Shown: piece by piece, positions 1-7,332 of the stretch
Layout: each line of letters starts with the position of its first letter
Position numbering within the stretch: position 1 is the first letter of the stretch
NCBI RefSeq assembly: GCF_022693705.1
Contig: NZ_CP094288.1
Coordinates: 798,443 to 822,442, forward strand
Reading direction: 5' to 3'
Length of the DNA: 24,000 nucleotides
Origin: Infirmifilum sp. NZ
GTDB lineage: Archaea; Thermoproteota; Thermoprotei; Thermofilales; Thermofilaceae
Made by a program: the position numbers and the translations under genes
Notes under the pieces: generated by a model
What the model was told of the DNA's origin: nothing
What the model saw: the letters and a program-made list of their open reading frames with translations, nothing else
Database searches by the model: none

Positions 1-1144
1 TGTCTCGGCCTTTTGTCATATGGCGCTCAAGAGAATACGTCATCTCACGGACTAACTGTTTGAAAGCTGCCCGGAAAACCTGAGCTATGAGTTCACCTGC
101 ATGGCGCAGACGTTTATTCGCGAGGTGGTCCTTATCGTCGGGACCCCGAAGACCCATCTTTAGCTCCAGTAGCCTGGAAACCATCTGACCAACGAAATAG
201 GCCTTGGCGAGGCGCGCAGACCTAGTGCGCCCGATGTGCGGCAGGAAATTCTCATCCAGTATCTGCTCAGCCCGCTCGATCCTCACGTTCTTAGGTTGAC
301 CTGTGGCAACTCGGGAGCCGATGTAGTCTAGAGCGTCCTCGACTGTCGGTGCTATTTTGGATTGCTCAAGTATTACAGGGAAAAATTCATGCTGAATTTC
401 CTCATCGTTGCTCACGGCGTAAACGATGTCCCTGTCCCTCTGCAGTCCCAGCGCCCGCATCATTACAACGACGGGAATTTTTTGGGGGACCTGAGGGAAA
501 GAAACGTATATCATCCCATCTTTTGTACGCTCAACTGAAACAGGGACCTTGTAGCCAGCGGCCACTGAGAAAACTTTAGCCGTGTGGGTGACAGAGCTTC
601 CAGCGCCACCGTAGTCCACAAGGACCCTGTTCACCGACAAATCTTCCTGCATTACTACAACTCTTTCGGATCCGTTTATGATGAAATAACCACCAGGGTC
701 GTGTGGATCCTCGCCGAGCTTGACGAGCTCTTCCTCAGACGTTATTCTCGATAACACGCATCGGCTGCTGCGAACCATTATAGGAAGCATTCCGATGAAA
801 ACCCTCTCAGTCTTCCTCTCCTCACCGTCCACGTAAAGTGTCATGTTTAGGTATAGGGGGGCAGCGTACGTTATGTTGCGCAGCCTAGCAATCATGGGGG
901 TTAAAGTTATTTCAGAGCCATCCGCCTCTTTAAAGACCGGCTCGCCCACCTCAATTTTTCCGAACTTTATCTCAACTCCGTGAGCCTCTAGTTTTATGCC
1001 CCCTATCTCGTCTACGATCTCCTGCAAGCCCTTTTCGAGAAATATGTTGAAAGAATCCAAGTGCTGGCGTACTAGTCCGAGCTCCTTCACATAAGCCTTC
1101 ACGAGCTCCCAGCGGTCCTCACTGCTTAGCTCCACTTTCGGCAT
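1..1144 (-). CDS. rpoB: DNA-directed RNA polymerase subunit B (Rpo2), N-terminal part; continues beyond the left edge
   Basis: Absent from the ORF track because no stop lies in the window. The reverse-strand ATG at 1144..1142 opens MPKVELSSEDRWELVKAYVKELGLVRQHLDSFNIFLEKGLQEIVDEIGG...VFIGMLPIMVRSSRCVLS...GGYFIINGSERVVVMQEDL. This is a typical N-terminus of the second-largest archaeal/eukaryotic RNAP subunit. It starts 5 nt downstream of rpoH, the usual archaeal rpoH-rpoB order. Confidence 0.85.
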   Translation of the reverse strand, partial: MPKVELSSEDRWELVKAYVKELGLVRQHLDSFNIFLEKGLQEIVDEIGGIKLEAHGVEIKFGKIEVGEPVFKEADGSEITLTPMIARLRNITYAAPLYLNMTLYVDGEERKTERVFIGMLPIMVRSSRCVLSRITSEEELVKLGEDPHDPGGYFIINGSERVVVMQEDLSVNRVLVDYGGAGSSVTHTAKVFSVAAGYKVPVSVERTKDGMIYVSFPQVPQKIPVVVMMRALGLQRDRDIVYAVSNDEEIQHEFFPVILEQSKIAPTVEDALDYIGSRVATGQPKNVRIERAEQILDENFLPHIGRTRSARLAKAYFVGQMVSRLLELKMGLRGPDDKDHLANKRLRHAGELIAQVFRAAFKQLVREMTYSLERHMTKGRD

Positions 1145-1149
1145 GCGGA

Positions 1150-1392
1150 TCACCCAGGAACAACCAACCTCAGAGCGACTGCTTCACCAGCGGTGGGGCT
1201 CTTCCTAATAACCATTATCACATCTCCTGGTTTGGCGCCAAGAGCCTTGGCAGCGGGATCTGTGGCATAGATCCAGGGGAGCTCGGATTTTCGAAGCCCC
1301 ATCAGTTTCAGGATCTTCTTAGCTTCTTCACGCGTAAGCAGTATGTGCTTCGGCACGAGCTCGTGTTCTAGAACGTTTATCTTGCGAGGCAT
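1150..1392 (-). CDS. rpoH: DNA-directed RNA polymerase subunit H (Rpo5)
   Basis: 80-aa ORF MPRKINVLEHELVPKHILLTREEAKKILKLMGLRKSELPWIYATDPAAKALGAKPGDVIMVIRKSPTAGEAVALRLVV. It has the characteristic RpoH/Rpb5 C-terminal domain sequence (HELVPKH...LP.I...DP.A...GAK.GD...I.R.S.TAG) and sits directly upstream of rpoB. Confidence 0.85.
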   Translation of the reverse strand: MPRKINVLEHELVPKHILLTREEAKKILKLMGLRKSELPWIYATDPAAKALGAKPGDVIMVIRKSPTAGEAVALRLVVPG

Positions 1393-1556
1393 AATAACCT
1401 CACTTTCAGACTATCAAGTAGCGATGCAACCATCTTTTTAAGCATTTCGTTATGGATAGTTTCCGCGAGAATCCGGGTAGGCTTATATATCCTCGTGTTT
1501 GTCTCCTAAAAGGCTTGGAGGTGAATTTATTGGCGGAGGTGGGACGAGCGCAGAAG

Positions 1557-3041
1557 ATGGTTACGCTCGACGAAATCACCGAGCTATGCACTAGGAGGGG
1601 TTTTTTCTACCAGACAGGAAAAATCTACGGAGGCCTTAGCGGTTTCTACGATTATGGCCCTCTCGGAGTCGACCTAATGAAAAACATACTTGATGATTGG
1701 TGGTGGTACTTCGTTGAAAGAAGGGACGACATTTACGGTCTCAGCGGTAGTATCATCACACATCCAAAGGTGTGGGAGGCCAGCGGCCACGTTGAAAGCT
1801 TTATTGATTATATAGTCGTGTGTCAGAAGTGCGGTACAGAGTATAGAGCTGATCACTTACTCGAAGATTTAGGCGTGAAGGTCGAGCAGTACACACTGGA
1901 AGGCATTAAAACCCTGCTCCGCTCGCATAACGTTCGTTGTCCAGCCTGCGGCGGCGAGCTCAGCGAGCCTAGAGCTTTTAACCTAATGTTCTCAACTAAC
2001 CTTGGCCCGAAAAAGTCTCCTCCGTTCATAGTTTACCTGCGACCTGAGACGGCACAACTGATATTTGTAAACTTTAAAAATGTTGTTTTCAGTATGGGAG
2101 CAACTCTTCCGTTTGGCATAGCCCAGTACGGCAAAGCCTTCAGAAACGAGATATCTCCCAGGAATTTTCTATTCAGGCTACGAGAGTTCATACAAATGGA
2201 AATAGAGTACTTCGTGAATCCTAAAAAGCTGAACGACTGCCCTTACTTTGACGAGATTAAGGACATAGAGATAAACCTCCTCTCTGCAGAGGATCAAGAG
2301 AAGGGTTTAGAGCAGGCTAGGAAAATAAAAGTGGAGGATGCTGTAACGAGTGGGCTTATTGGTTCTGAGTGGCATGCTTATTGGATAGCAGAGTCTCTTA
2401 GGTGGCTTTGGCGTATCGGTTTATCTCCACAGAATCTTCGAGTGCGAGAACACATCAAATCAGAGCTGGCCCACTACGCCCAACAGACCTTTGACGTCGA
2501 GTACTACTTCCCATACATGGGTTGGAAAGAAATAGAGGGCATTTCGAATAGAACCGACTTCGATCTTAGGAGGCACCAAGAGCACAGTGGTGAACCTCTG
2601 CATATCGTCGACGACGGAGAAAAGGTTATTCCCTACGTCATAGAGCCCTCGTTCGGGCTCGAGCGGATCATCCTAGCTGTACTTACGGAGGCTTACACTA
2701 TCGAGGAAAAGCGAACCTACCTTAGACTCAAGCCTAGGATCGCTCCCTTCAAGGTTGCAGTTTTTCCGCTTGTAAAGCGAGATGGCTTGGATACTTTAGC
2801 TCGGAAAATTTACAACGAGCTGAGAGACCGTTTCCGAGCCTACTACGATGAAGACGGCAGCATCGGTAAACGTTACGCAAAAGCAGATGAGATAGGGGTT
2901 CCTTTCTGCGTAACCGTTGATGGACAGACGGCAACAGACGGCACGGTCACCGTAAGGTACAGAGATACAAGACAACAGGTTCGCGTTCCTCGAGAGCATC
3001 TCGCAGAGCTTCTCCACAACGGGATTGAAGAGAAAAGTTAA
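1557..3041 (+). CDS. glyS: Glycine--tRNA ligase (archaeal/eukaryotic-type class II GlyRS)
   Basis: ORF 1452..3041. The sequence MVTLDEITELCTRRGFFYQTGKIYGGLSGFYDYGPLG, class II motif 2 FRNEISPRNFLFRLREFIQMEIEYF, SFGLERI, and the anticodon-binding end IAPFKVAVFPL...GKRYAKADEIGVPFCVTVD support the call. ATG 1557 is preferred as the start: a GGAGGTG lies about 15 nt upstream, and the 35 upstream codons are not GlyRS-like. In-frame GTG 1521/1539 cannot be excluded. Confidence 0.85.
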   Translation: MVTLDEITELCTRRGFFYQTGKIYGGLSGFYDYGPLGVDLMKNILDDWWWYFVERRDDIYGLSGSIITHPKVWEASGHVESFIDYIVVCQKCGTEYRADHLLEDLGVKVEQYTLEGIKTLLRSHNVRCPACGGELSEPRAFNLMFSTNLGPKKSPPFIVYLRPETAQLIFVNFKNVVFSMGATLPFGIAQYGKAFRNEISPRNFLFRLREFIQMEIEYFVNPKKLNDCPYFDEIKDIEINLLSAEDQEKGLEQARKIKVEDAVTSGLIGSEWHAYWIAESLRWLWRIGLSPQNLRVREHIKSELAHYAQQTFDVEYYFPYMGWKEIEGISNRTDFDLRRHQEHSGEPLHIVDDGEKVIPYVIEPSFGLERIILAVLTEAYTIEEKRTYLRLKPRIAPFKVAVFPLVKRDGLDTLARKIYNELRDRFRAYYDEDGSIGKRYAKADEIGVPFCVTVDGQTATDGTVTVRYRDTRQQVRVPREHLAELLHNGIEEKS

Positions 3042-3077
3042 TATCCGCTCAATTGTGTATGCTAGAAACAGCGGGCG

Positions 3078-3179
3078 GGGCCGGTAGCTCAGCTAGGAAG
3101 AGCGACGGTTTGCCTAGCTCTGCTAGGTGAGTCGAGGCTTTTAACCCGTAGGTCCCGGGTTCAAATCCCGGCCGGCCCG
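3078..3179 (+). tRNA. tRNA-Lys(UUU) with a 28-nt non-canonical intron (3109..3136) in the anticodon stem (position 30/31)
   Basis: Acceptor GGGCCGG/CCGGCCC, D arm GCTC-AGCTAGGAA-GAGC, T arm CCGGG-TTCAAAT-CCCGG. Removing 3109..3136 gives anticodon arm ACGGG-CTTTTAA-CCCGT and a 74-nt mature tRNA. BHB: 4-bp helix CGAC(3103-3106)/GTCG(3131-3134), bulges GGT(3107-3109) and AGG(3135-3137), intron hairpin CCTAG/CTAGG. CCA is not encoded. Confidence 0.8.
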
Positions 3180-3200
3180 CTTCTAGCTAGACGATAGTCA

Positions 3201-3208
3201 ATATATAG
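3201..3208 (+). promoter_or_regulatory. TATA box (ATATATAG) upstream of the C/D box sRNA
   Basis: An AT-rich octamer centred about 26 nt upstream of the first nucleotides of the sRNA C box region (about 3229). This spacing is typical for archaeal promoters. Confidence 0.35.
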
Positions 3209-3228
3209 CGTGACATCACTTCTTCGTT

Positions 3229-3290
3229 GTGATGATGAGTGACTTGCCGACCGAGCTGTAGCTGTGAGGAACGGCAGTCAGCCTGAAAAA
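3229..3290 (+). ncRNA. C/D box sRNA (2'-O-methylation guide)
   Basis: C box ATGATGA (3232-3238). 12-nt guide GTGACTTGCCGA (3239-3250). D' box CCGA (3251-3254). C' box GTGAGGA (3264-3270). 12-nt guide ACGGCAGTCAGC (3271-3282). D box CTGA (3283-3286). The 12-nt spacer lengths and roughly 60-nt size are canonical for archaeal sRNAs. It lies between tRNA-Lys and tRNA-Val. Confidence 0.6.
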
Positions 3291-3292
3291 AC

Positions 3293-3300
3293 TTTTAATT
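3293..3300 (+). promoter_or_regulatory. TATA box (TTTTAATT) upstream of tRNA-Val
   Basis: It ends 26 nt before tRNA position 1 (3326). The same 11-mer AACTTTTAATT recurs at 12590-12600. Confidence 0.35.
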
Positions 3301-3325
3301 CTAGTAGTTTCTATGTTGGTTTTCA

Positions 3326-3423
3326 GGGCCCGTCGTCTAGCGGTTAGGATGTCGCCCTCACAAGGTAAGAGTAAGCACATCTGAGAGCGGCGGAGGTCCC
3401 GGGTTCGAATCCCGGCGGGCCCA
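3326..3423 (+). tRNA. tRNA-Val(CAC) with canonical 25-nt intron (3363..3387, position 37/38)
   Basis: Acceptor GGGCCCG/CGGGCCC, D arm GTCT-AGCGGTTA-GGAT, anticodon arm TCGCC-CTCACAc-GGCGG after splicing, T arm CCGGG-TTCGAAT-CCCGG; mature length 73 nt. BHB: CTCA(3357-3360)/TGAG(3382-3385), bulges CAA and AGC. Confidence 0.85.
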
Positions 3424-3537
3424 CCTTACTGAATGCGAATGATTAGCTGGACTATAAACCTAGCCGAAGCTAGTTGCAAGTAATATGGGGCACGTCTAGC
3501 GAAAAGCTGATAAGATTCCTCTGCATGATGGTGAGCA

Positions 3538-3636
3538 GCCCCGGTAGCTCAGACTGGTGGAGCGTCGGCCTTGTAAGGCCTTAGAGAAAGGGTTCGAGAA
3601 AGCCGAAGGTCCCGGGTTCGAATCCCGGCCGGGGCT
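3538..3636 (+). tRNA. tRNA-Thr(UGU) with canonical 25-nt intron (3576..3600, position 37/38)
   Basis: Acceptor GCCCCGG/CCGGGGC, D arm GCTC-AGACTGGTG-GAGC, anticodon arm TCGGC-CTTGTAA-GCCGA after splicing, T arm CCGGG-TTCGAAT-CCCGG; mature length 74 nt. BHB: CTTG/CGAG (one G-U), 3-nt bulges, intron helix GGCC/GGTT. Confidence 0.85.
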
Positions 3637-3717
3637 TTTCCCAGAATATCACTTGAAGAGAGTTCAAGCATATCTGAAATCTGCTGTGAGGGTTCAAAGC
3701 TCAGAAGGCTTAATAAG

Positions 3718-4086
3718 GTGGGGAAGCTTTATGTGAGCGTGTCTCTGACGAGTGTTCGCTTTAAAGCGAAAGTTACGCTCATACAGACCATCGACGCGCC
3801 TTTTGGTGAAAAGATGGTGAAGATCGAACTCAGTGAGGAAAGAGAAGTGCCCGAACCTCTATTCGTAAGGTCACCGGATAGCGAGATAGGTAGGGAAATA
3901 GCCCCCATAATCACCCAGATAATGAGGATGTTTCCCGGTGCGCCACCGGGCGCTGTAAGAGTGCCTCGAGTGACCATACTGCTATCTGAGGACGAGTGGG
4001 AGAGGTTCGTCACAAAACCGAGTATCGGTGACTTTTTCGAAGTTGTTATAACTAATGAAAAGATAGAGCTTAGGAAGGAGAGCTAG
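3718..4086 (+). CDS. Hypothetical protein (start uncertain: GTG 3718 or ATG 3814)
   Basis: A 122-aa ORF with no motif I recognise. The body MVKIELSEEREVPEPLFVRSPDSEIGREIAPIITQIMRMFPGAPPGAVRVPRVTILLSEDEWERF has protein-like composition. The antisense ORF 3729..4013 is Ser/Gly-rich junk. Confidence 0.45.
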   Translation: MGKLYVSVSLTSVRFKAKVTLIQTIDAPFGEKMVKIELSEEREVPEPLFVRSPDSEIGREIAPIITQIMRMFPGAPPGAVRVPRVTILLSEDEWERFVTKPSIGDFFEVVITNEKIELRKES

Positions 4087-4367
4087 GGGGGACTCAACTT
4101 TAGGTACTTAAGAGGGATCTCCTGGTACTTGCCGTCGGGGGTCCACCTTACTATAATTACTGGTAGTACATGGGCCTCCAGCTCCTTCTCAGCAATTTTC
4201 AGTGAGTCTAAGTTTTCCAAATCTTCTATAGGAATTAAGACGGGCGCGCCGAGAGAGATCTGCAGTGCTCTAATGCCTATAATTCGCGCTTTCTCGAAAC
4301 GTGTCAGCCATGGTGGACCGATCTTTACCTGAAACTGCTTTTGTTGAAGCTTATTATCATCAGACAT
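4083..4367 (-). CDS. rpoK: DNA-directed RNA polymerase subunit K (Rpo6)
   Basis: LTRFEKARIIGIRALQISLGAPVLI is the conserved RpoK/Rpb6 core. ATG 4367 (MSDDNKLQQ...) is preferred over the upstream start at 4391. Confidence 0.8.
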   Translation of the reverse strand: MSDDNKLQQKQFQVKIGPPWLTRFEKARIIGIRALQISLGAPVLIPIEDLENLDSLKIAEKELEAHVLPVIIVRWTPDGKYQEIPLKYLKLSPP

Positions 4368-4424
4368 AAACGAGTTAAGCAAGAGAAACAATATTTAAAT
4401 TTTTTTAGAAAGAAAAGGGGTCTC

Positions 4425-6071
4425 TTAGTCGAATTCCGACTCTCCCTTATGCTCGGATTCTTTCTCTTTGCCCTTTTCTTTGCTCTTAGGAGGCTGTGCG
4501 GCGATGATATCGTCGATTCTAAGTATCATTATCGCCGCTTCGGTTGCGGATTTAAGCACCTGCTTCTTGACGTTAGCCGGTTCGAGCACTCCGGCATTGA
4601 ACATGTTTTCTATTTTCCCTGTGTAGGCGTTGATCCCTGCCCACTTCTCGCCCTTTGCGTGTAGGCGCTTAAGGTCGGCTAACACATCTATCGGCTCCAC
4701 ACCCGAGTTCTGCGCAAGTATCGCCACGAAGTTCTCGAGGGCTTCAGCGTACTTCAGCACGGCTAGCTGCTCTTTGCTTGGCAGGGTTCTGGCAAAGTCT
4801 CTGAGCCTCATGGCGAGCTCGATTTCCACGGCACCTCCTCCAGCCACCACTTTCGGCTCCTGTATGACGTTCCTCACAACGCTAAGAGCGTCGTGTATTG
4901 CCCTCTCAGCCTCGTCCACGATGTGCTCTGCGCCGCCTCTGACGAGGATTGTGACGCTCTTGGGGTTGGGGCAGCCCTCGACGAAGACCATCTTCTCGTC
5001 CGCCACCTTCCTCTCCTCCACGAGCTTCGCGGTGCCCAGGGCCTCGGGCGTGATGTCCTCAACCCTAGTCAGGATCCTCGCCCCAGTAGCCCTAGCAAGC
5101 TTCTCCATATCACTCTTCTTCACACGCCTAACAGCCAGAATCCCAGCCTTAGCCAAGTAGTACTGCGCAACATCATCAATACCCTTCTGGCAGAAAACCA
5201 CATTAGCACCACTCTCCTTGATCTTCTCCACCTTCTTTCGAAGTATCTCGGCTTCCTGATCAAGGAACATCTTCAGCTGCTCGGGTGTGGTGACGTTGAT
5301 CTTTGCCGTCCACTCGGGCTTCTCGATCTCCAATGGGGCGTCGAGCAGGGCGATCTTCGCGTTCTCAACCCTCTTAGGCATAGCAGGGTGGACAACCTCC
5401 TTGTCTAGCACAATCCCTTTCACGAGCACGGTTTCCGTGATGCTTTCGCCTCTCTTTTTCTCGACCTTAATGTCGTCAAGACTCAGCTTGTAGCCGCCAT
5501 CTTTCTTCTCTACAACCTGTAACGCCGCATCGACAATTATCTTAGATAGGAACTCCTTGAACTCTGCAACAACCTTACTCGATAGAGCGGTTTGAGAGAT
5601 TTTCTCGAGCACGTTTCTATCAAGAGGATCAACCTTCTCAGCTATTTCATCAACTATCCGAGTTGCTTCGACGAGAGCTTTCTCAAAGCCCTCGGTGATA
5701 ACCGTCGGGTGGACGTCTTGATCGATGAGTTCCTCTGCCGCAGTGAGGAGCTGCCCTGCCAGGACCACGACGCTCGTGGTTCCGTCTCCGACTTCGTCAT
5801 CCTGAGCCTTAGCTACTTCTACAAGCATTTTAGCCGCTGGATGCTGCACCTCCATCTCTTTTAGGATGGTGGCTCCGTCACCGGTAATCGTAGCATTGCC
5901 AAATGAGTCGACAAGAAGCTTATCCATGCCTCTTGGCCCTAGAGAGCTAGCCAGAGCCTCGGCAATTACTCTAGCTGCATAGATGTTTGCCTTGCGCGCG
6001 TCTCTCCCAGTCGTTCTCTGAGTTCCCTCTTTCAGTATTAAAACAGGTATTTGACCCGCCGGCTGTGCCAT
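4425..6071 (-). CDS. ths: Thermosome subunit (group II chaperonin)
   Basis: MAQPAGQIPVLILKEGTQRTTGRDA..., GPRGMDKLL, ITGDGATIL, GDGTTSVVVLAG and VAGGGAVE are hallmark group II chaperonin motifs. It has a charged KEKGKEKESEHK tail. ATG 6071 is preferred over GTG 6089. A TTTATAG TATA-like element lies about 40 nt upstream on the reverse strand. Confidence 0.9.
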   Translation of the reverse strand: MAQPAGQIPVLILKEGTQRTTGRDARKANIYAARVIAEALASSLGPRGMDKLLVDSFGNATITGDGATILKEMEVQHPAAKMLVEVAKAQDDEVGDGTTSVVVLAGQLLTAAEELIDQDVHPTVITEGFEKALVEATRIVDEIAEKVDPLDRNVLEKISQTALSSKVVAEFKEFLSKIIVDAALQVVEKKDGGYKLSLDDIKVEKKRGESITETVLVKGIVLDKEVVHPAMPKRVENAKIALLDAPLEIEKPEWTAKINVTTPEQLKMFLDQEAEILRKKVEKIKESGANVVFCQKGIDDVAQYYLAKAGILAVRRVKKSDMEKLARATGARILTRVEDITPEALGTAKLVEERKVADEKMVFVEGCPNPKSVTILVRGGAEHIVDEAERAIHDALSVVRNVIQEPKVVAGGGAVEIELAMRLRDFARTLPSKEQLAVLKYAEALENFVAILAQNSGVEPIDVLADLKRLHAKGEKWAGINAYTGKIENMFNAGVLEPANVKKQVLKSATEAAIMILRIDDIIAAQPPKSKEKGKEKESEHKGESEFD

Positions 6072-6165
6072 CCCGTTCACCTTCAGCACCTCAAGAAAAA
6101 CATCGCTTCTATAAATACTTTACGCTTAGGAAGAGATAAATATCCTAGATGGTTTGTTGATAGCC

Positions 6166-6579
6166 ATGCCCAGTCGCGCCAATGATGGCCATGCGAAAGA
6201 AAGCGTTGTTTTTATACTAGTTCTCCTAATCTCTGTACTCTTAATTTTCTCGCTTAGTTACATTCTGCGAACGCAGGTTCCCTTAGCCGTCGTCTCGAGC
6301 TGGTCAATGGAGCCGACACTTCACGTAGGAGATATCGTAGTTGTAGTAGGCTCAGAGTCCTATTCGGTAGGTGACATCGTTGTATACGAGTCTCCTTCTG
6401 GTCTAATCGTGCATCGGATCGTGCTAATAGCAGGTAATACGTACGTGACAAAGGGCGACGCAAATCCCTACCCTGACAGCCTTCATCCTTCTTTCTCATC
6501 GATAAAGGGCAAAGTGGTTCTCGTAATACCTTACATTGGCACGATAAAGCTTGCCTTCGAGTCTCTCATTAGAGGTTAG
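6166..6579 (+). CDS. Signal peptidase I, archaeal Sec11/S26B type
   Basis: N-terminal TM segment VVFILVLLISVLLIF, then SWSMEPTLHVGD (catalytic Ser box), HRI (His box) and TKGDAN. ATAAATAT at 6136-6143 would give a near-leaderless transcript starting at ATG 6166. TTG 6154 is the alternative start. Confidence 0.75.
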   Translation: MPSRANDGHAKESVVFILVLLISVLLIFSLSYILRTQVPLAVVSSWSMEPTLHVGDIVVVVGSESYSVGDIVVYESPSGLIVHRIVLIAGNTYVTKGDANPYPDSLHPSFSSIKGKVVLVIPYIGTIKLAFESLIRG

Positions 6580-6630
6580 AGCCTACTAATTTTCTACAAG
6601 ATTTTTCTCGAGGCAGTTTATAAACTAAGC

Positions 6631-6640
6631 ATTTATATAC
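6631..6640 (+). promoter_or_regulatory. Candidate TATA box (ATTTATATAC) for the TBP gene
   Basis: It lies about 35 nt upstream of GTG 6673 and is followed by GGAGG (6669-6673 region). Other AT-rich candidates are at 6617-6626 and 6651-6660. Confidence 0.3.
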
Positions 6641-6672
6641 CCCTATTATGTATTTTTAAAGCGTCACAGGAG

Positions 6673-7271
6673 GTGGTCACAATTACAAAACAGCCGGTTT
6701 ACGAGATACAAAATGTGGTAGCCTCTGTAACTCTAAACCAACGTTTAGACCTAGAGAGAATAGCAGAGCGCATACCCCATGCTGAGTATAGCCCGGAACA
6801 TCCCAGGTCCCCGGACCTGGGATCCGAGAGTTCCCGGGGTTAGTGCTACGTCTGAACAGGCCTAAAACCGCTACGCTAATATTCTCTAGCGGGAAGATGG
6901 TTTGCACTGGAGCAAAGTCGGAGTCAGAGGTTAAAAAGGCAGTTAACAGCATAATAAAGCTCCTGAAGCAACACGGTATCGACATAAAGAACGAGCCGAT
7001 AGTTGAGATCCAAAACATAGTTGCAAGTGCAAACCTGAAGGCGGGAGTTGATCTCGAGAGAGCCGCGTTCTTGCTTGAAAACGCAATGTATGAGCCAGAG
7101 CAGTTTCCGGGGCTGATCTACAGGATGAGAGAGCCAAAAGTAGTTCTACTGATTTTCAGTAGCGGAAAAGTCGTGTGCACAGGCGCTAAAAGAGAGGAAG
7201 AGGTCAAAGAGGCTGTCGACAAGATATACAATATCCTCAAGGAACACGGTGTCCTGCTCGAGGAGGAGTAG
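6673..7271 (+). CDS. tbp: TATA-box-binding protein, interrupted by a 29-nt intron-like insert: join(6673..6799,6829..7271), 189 aa
   Basis: Segment 1 (frame of 6673) reads [42 protein letters not shown]. Segment 2 (the frame of track ORF 6843..7271, open from 6792) reads (Q)[34 protein letters not shown]. The second TBP repeat then follows: [66 protein letters not shown]. Removing 6800..6828 makes repeat 1 colinear with repeat 2 (EYSPEQFPGLV vs [11 protein letters not shown]). Without removal, segment 1 terminates at TAG 6841. Confidence 0.8.
6800..6828 (+). other. Candidate BHB (tRNA-type) intron within the TBP mRNA
   Basis: Central 4-bp helix CGGA(6794-6797)/TCCG(6823-6826). 3-nt bulges ACA(6798-6800) and AGA(6827-6829). 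Intron hairpin TCCCAGGTCC(6801-6810)/GGACCTGGGA(6813-6822). Cutting after the second nucleotide of each bulge removes exactly 29 nt and joins GAAC|AGTTC into GAA CAG TTC, which is in frame. Confidence 0.7.
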
Positions 7272-7332
7272 CCTAAACAGCAAAAGTTAAGATTACCTTT
7301 TTATCTCTCTGAGCCTGGGTGCACCCACTACG

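Noticed and set aside
349-579. 76-aa + strand ORF.
   Set aside because: It is antisense to the rpoB coding region, which is continuous on the reverse strand from 1144 to the window edge.
1452-1556. N-terminal 35-codon extension of GlyRS, and the antisense ORF 1406..1591.
   Set aside because: The extension (MDSFRENPGRLIYPRVCLLKG...) is not GlyRS-like and covers the rpoH/glyS divergent promoter region. ATG 1557 with an upstream GGAGGTG is more plausible.
3424-3537. Possible sRNA between tRNA-Val and tRNA-Thr (ATGATTA, ATGATGG, CTGA elements).
   Set aside because: The box-like strings are not arranged with 10-12 nt spacers in any combination on either strand.
3650-3710. Possible second C/D box sRNA downstream of tRNA-Thr (TTGAAGA ... 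CTGA ... GTGAGGG).
   Set aside because: The C-like box is degenerate, the first spacer is 14 nt, and there is no terminal D box (CTGA) at the required distance after the C'-like box.
4630-5864. Several long + strand ORFs (176, 171, 68 and 90 aa) opposite the thermosome gene.
   Set aside because: They are antisense shadows of a strongly supported CDS. They are rich in Ser/Leu/Ala/Arg and contain no motifs.
6673-7271. Interpreting the split TBP gene as a frameshift pseudogene, a sequencing error, or programmed ribosomal frameshifting.
   Set aside because: The two frames are separated by a discrete 29-nt insert, and its removal restores perfect colinearity with TBP repeat 2. The insert plus flanks forms a BHB motif with both cleavage sites in the correct register. 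A random indel or slippery-site frameshift would not give that. A pseudogene cannot be excluded without expression data and is listed as the refuting scenario.
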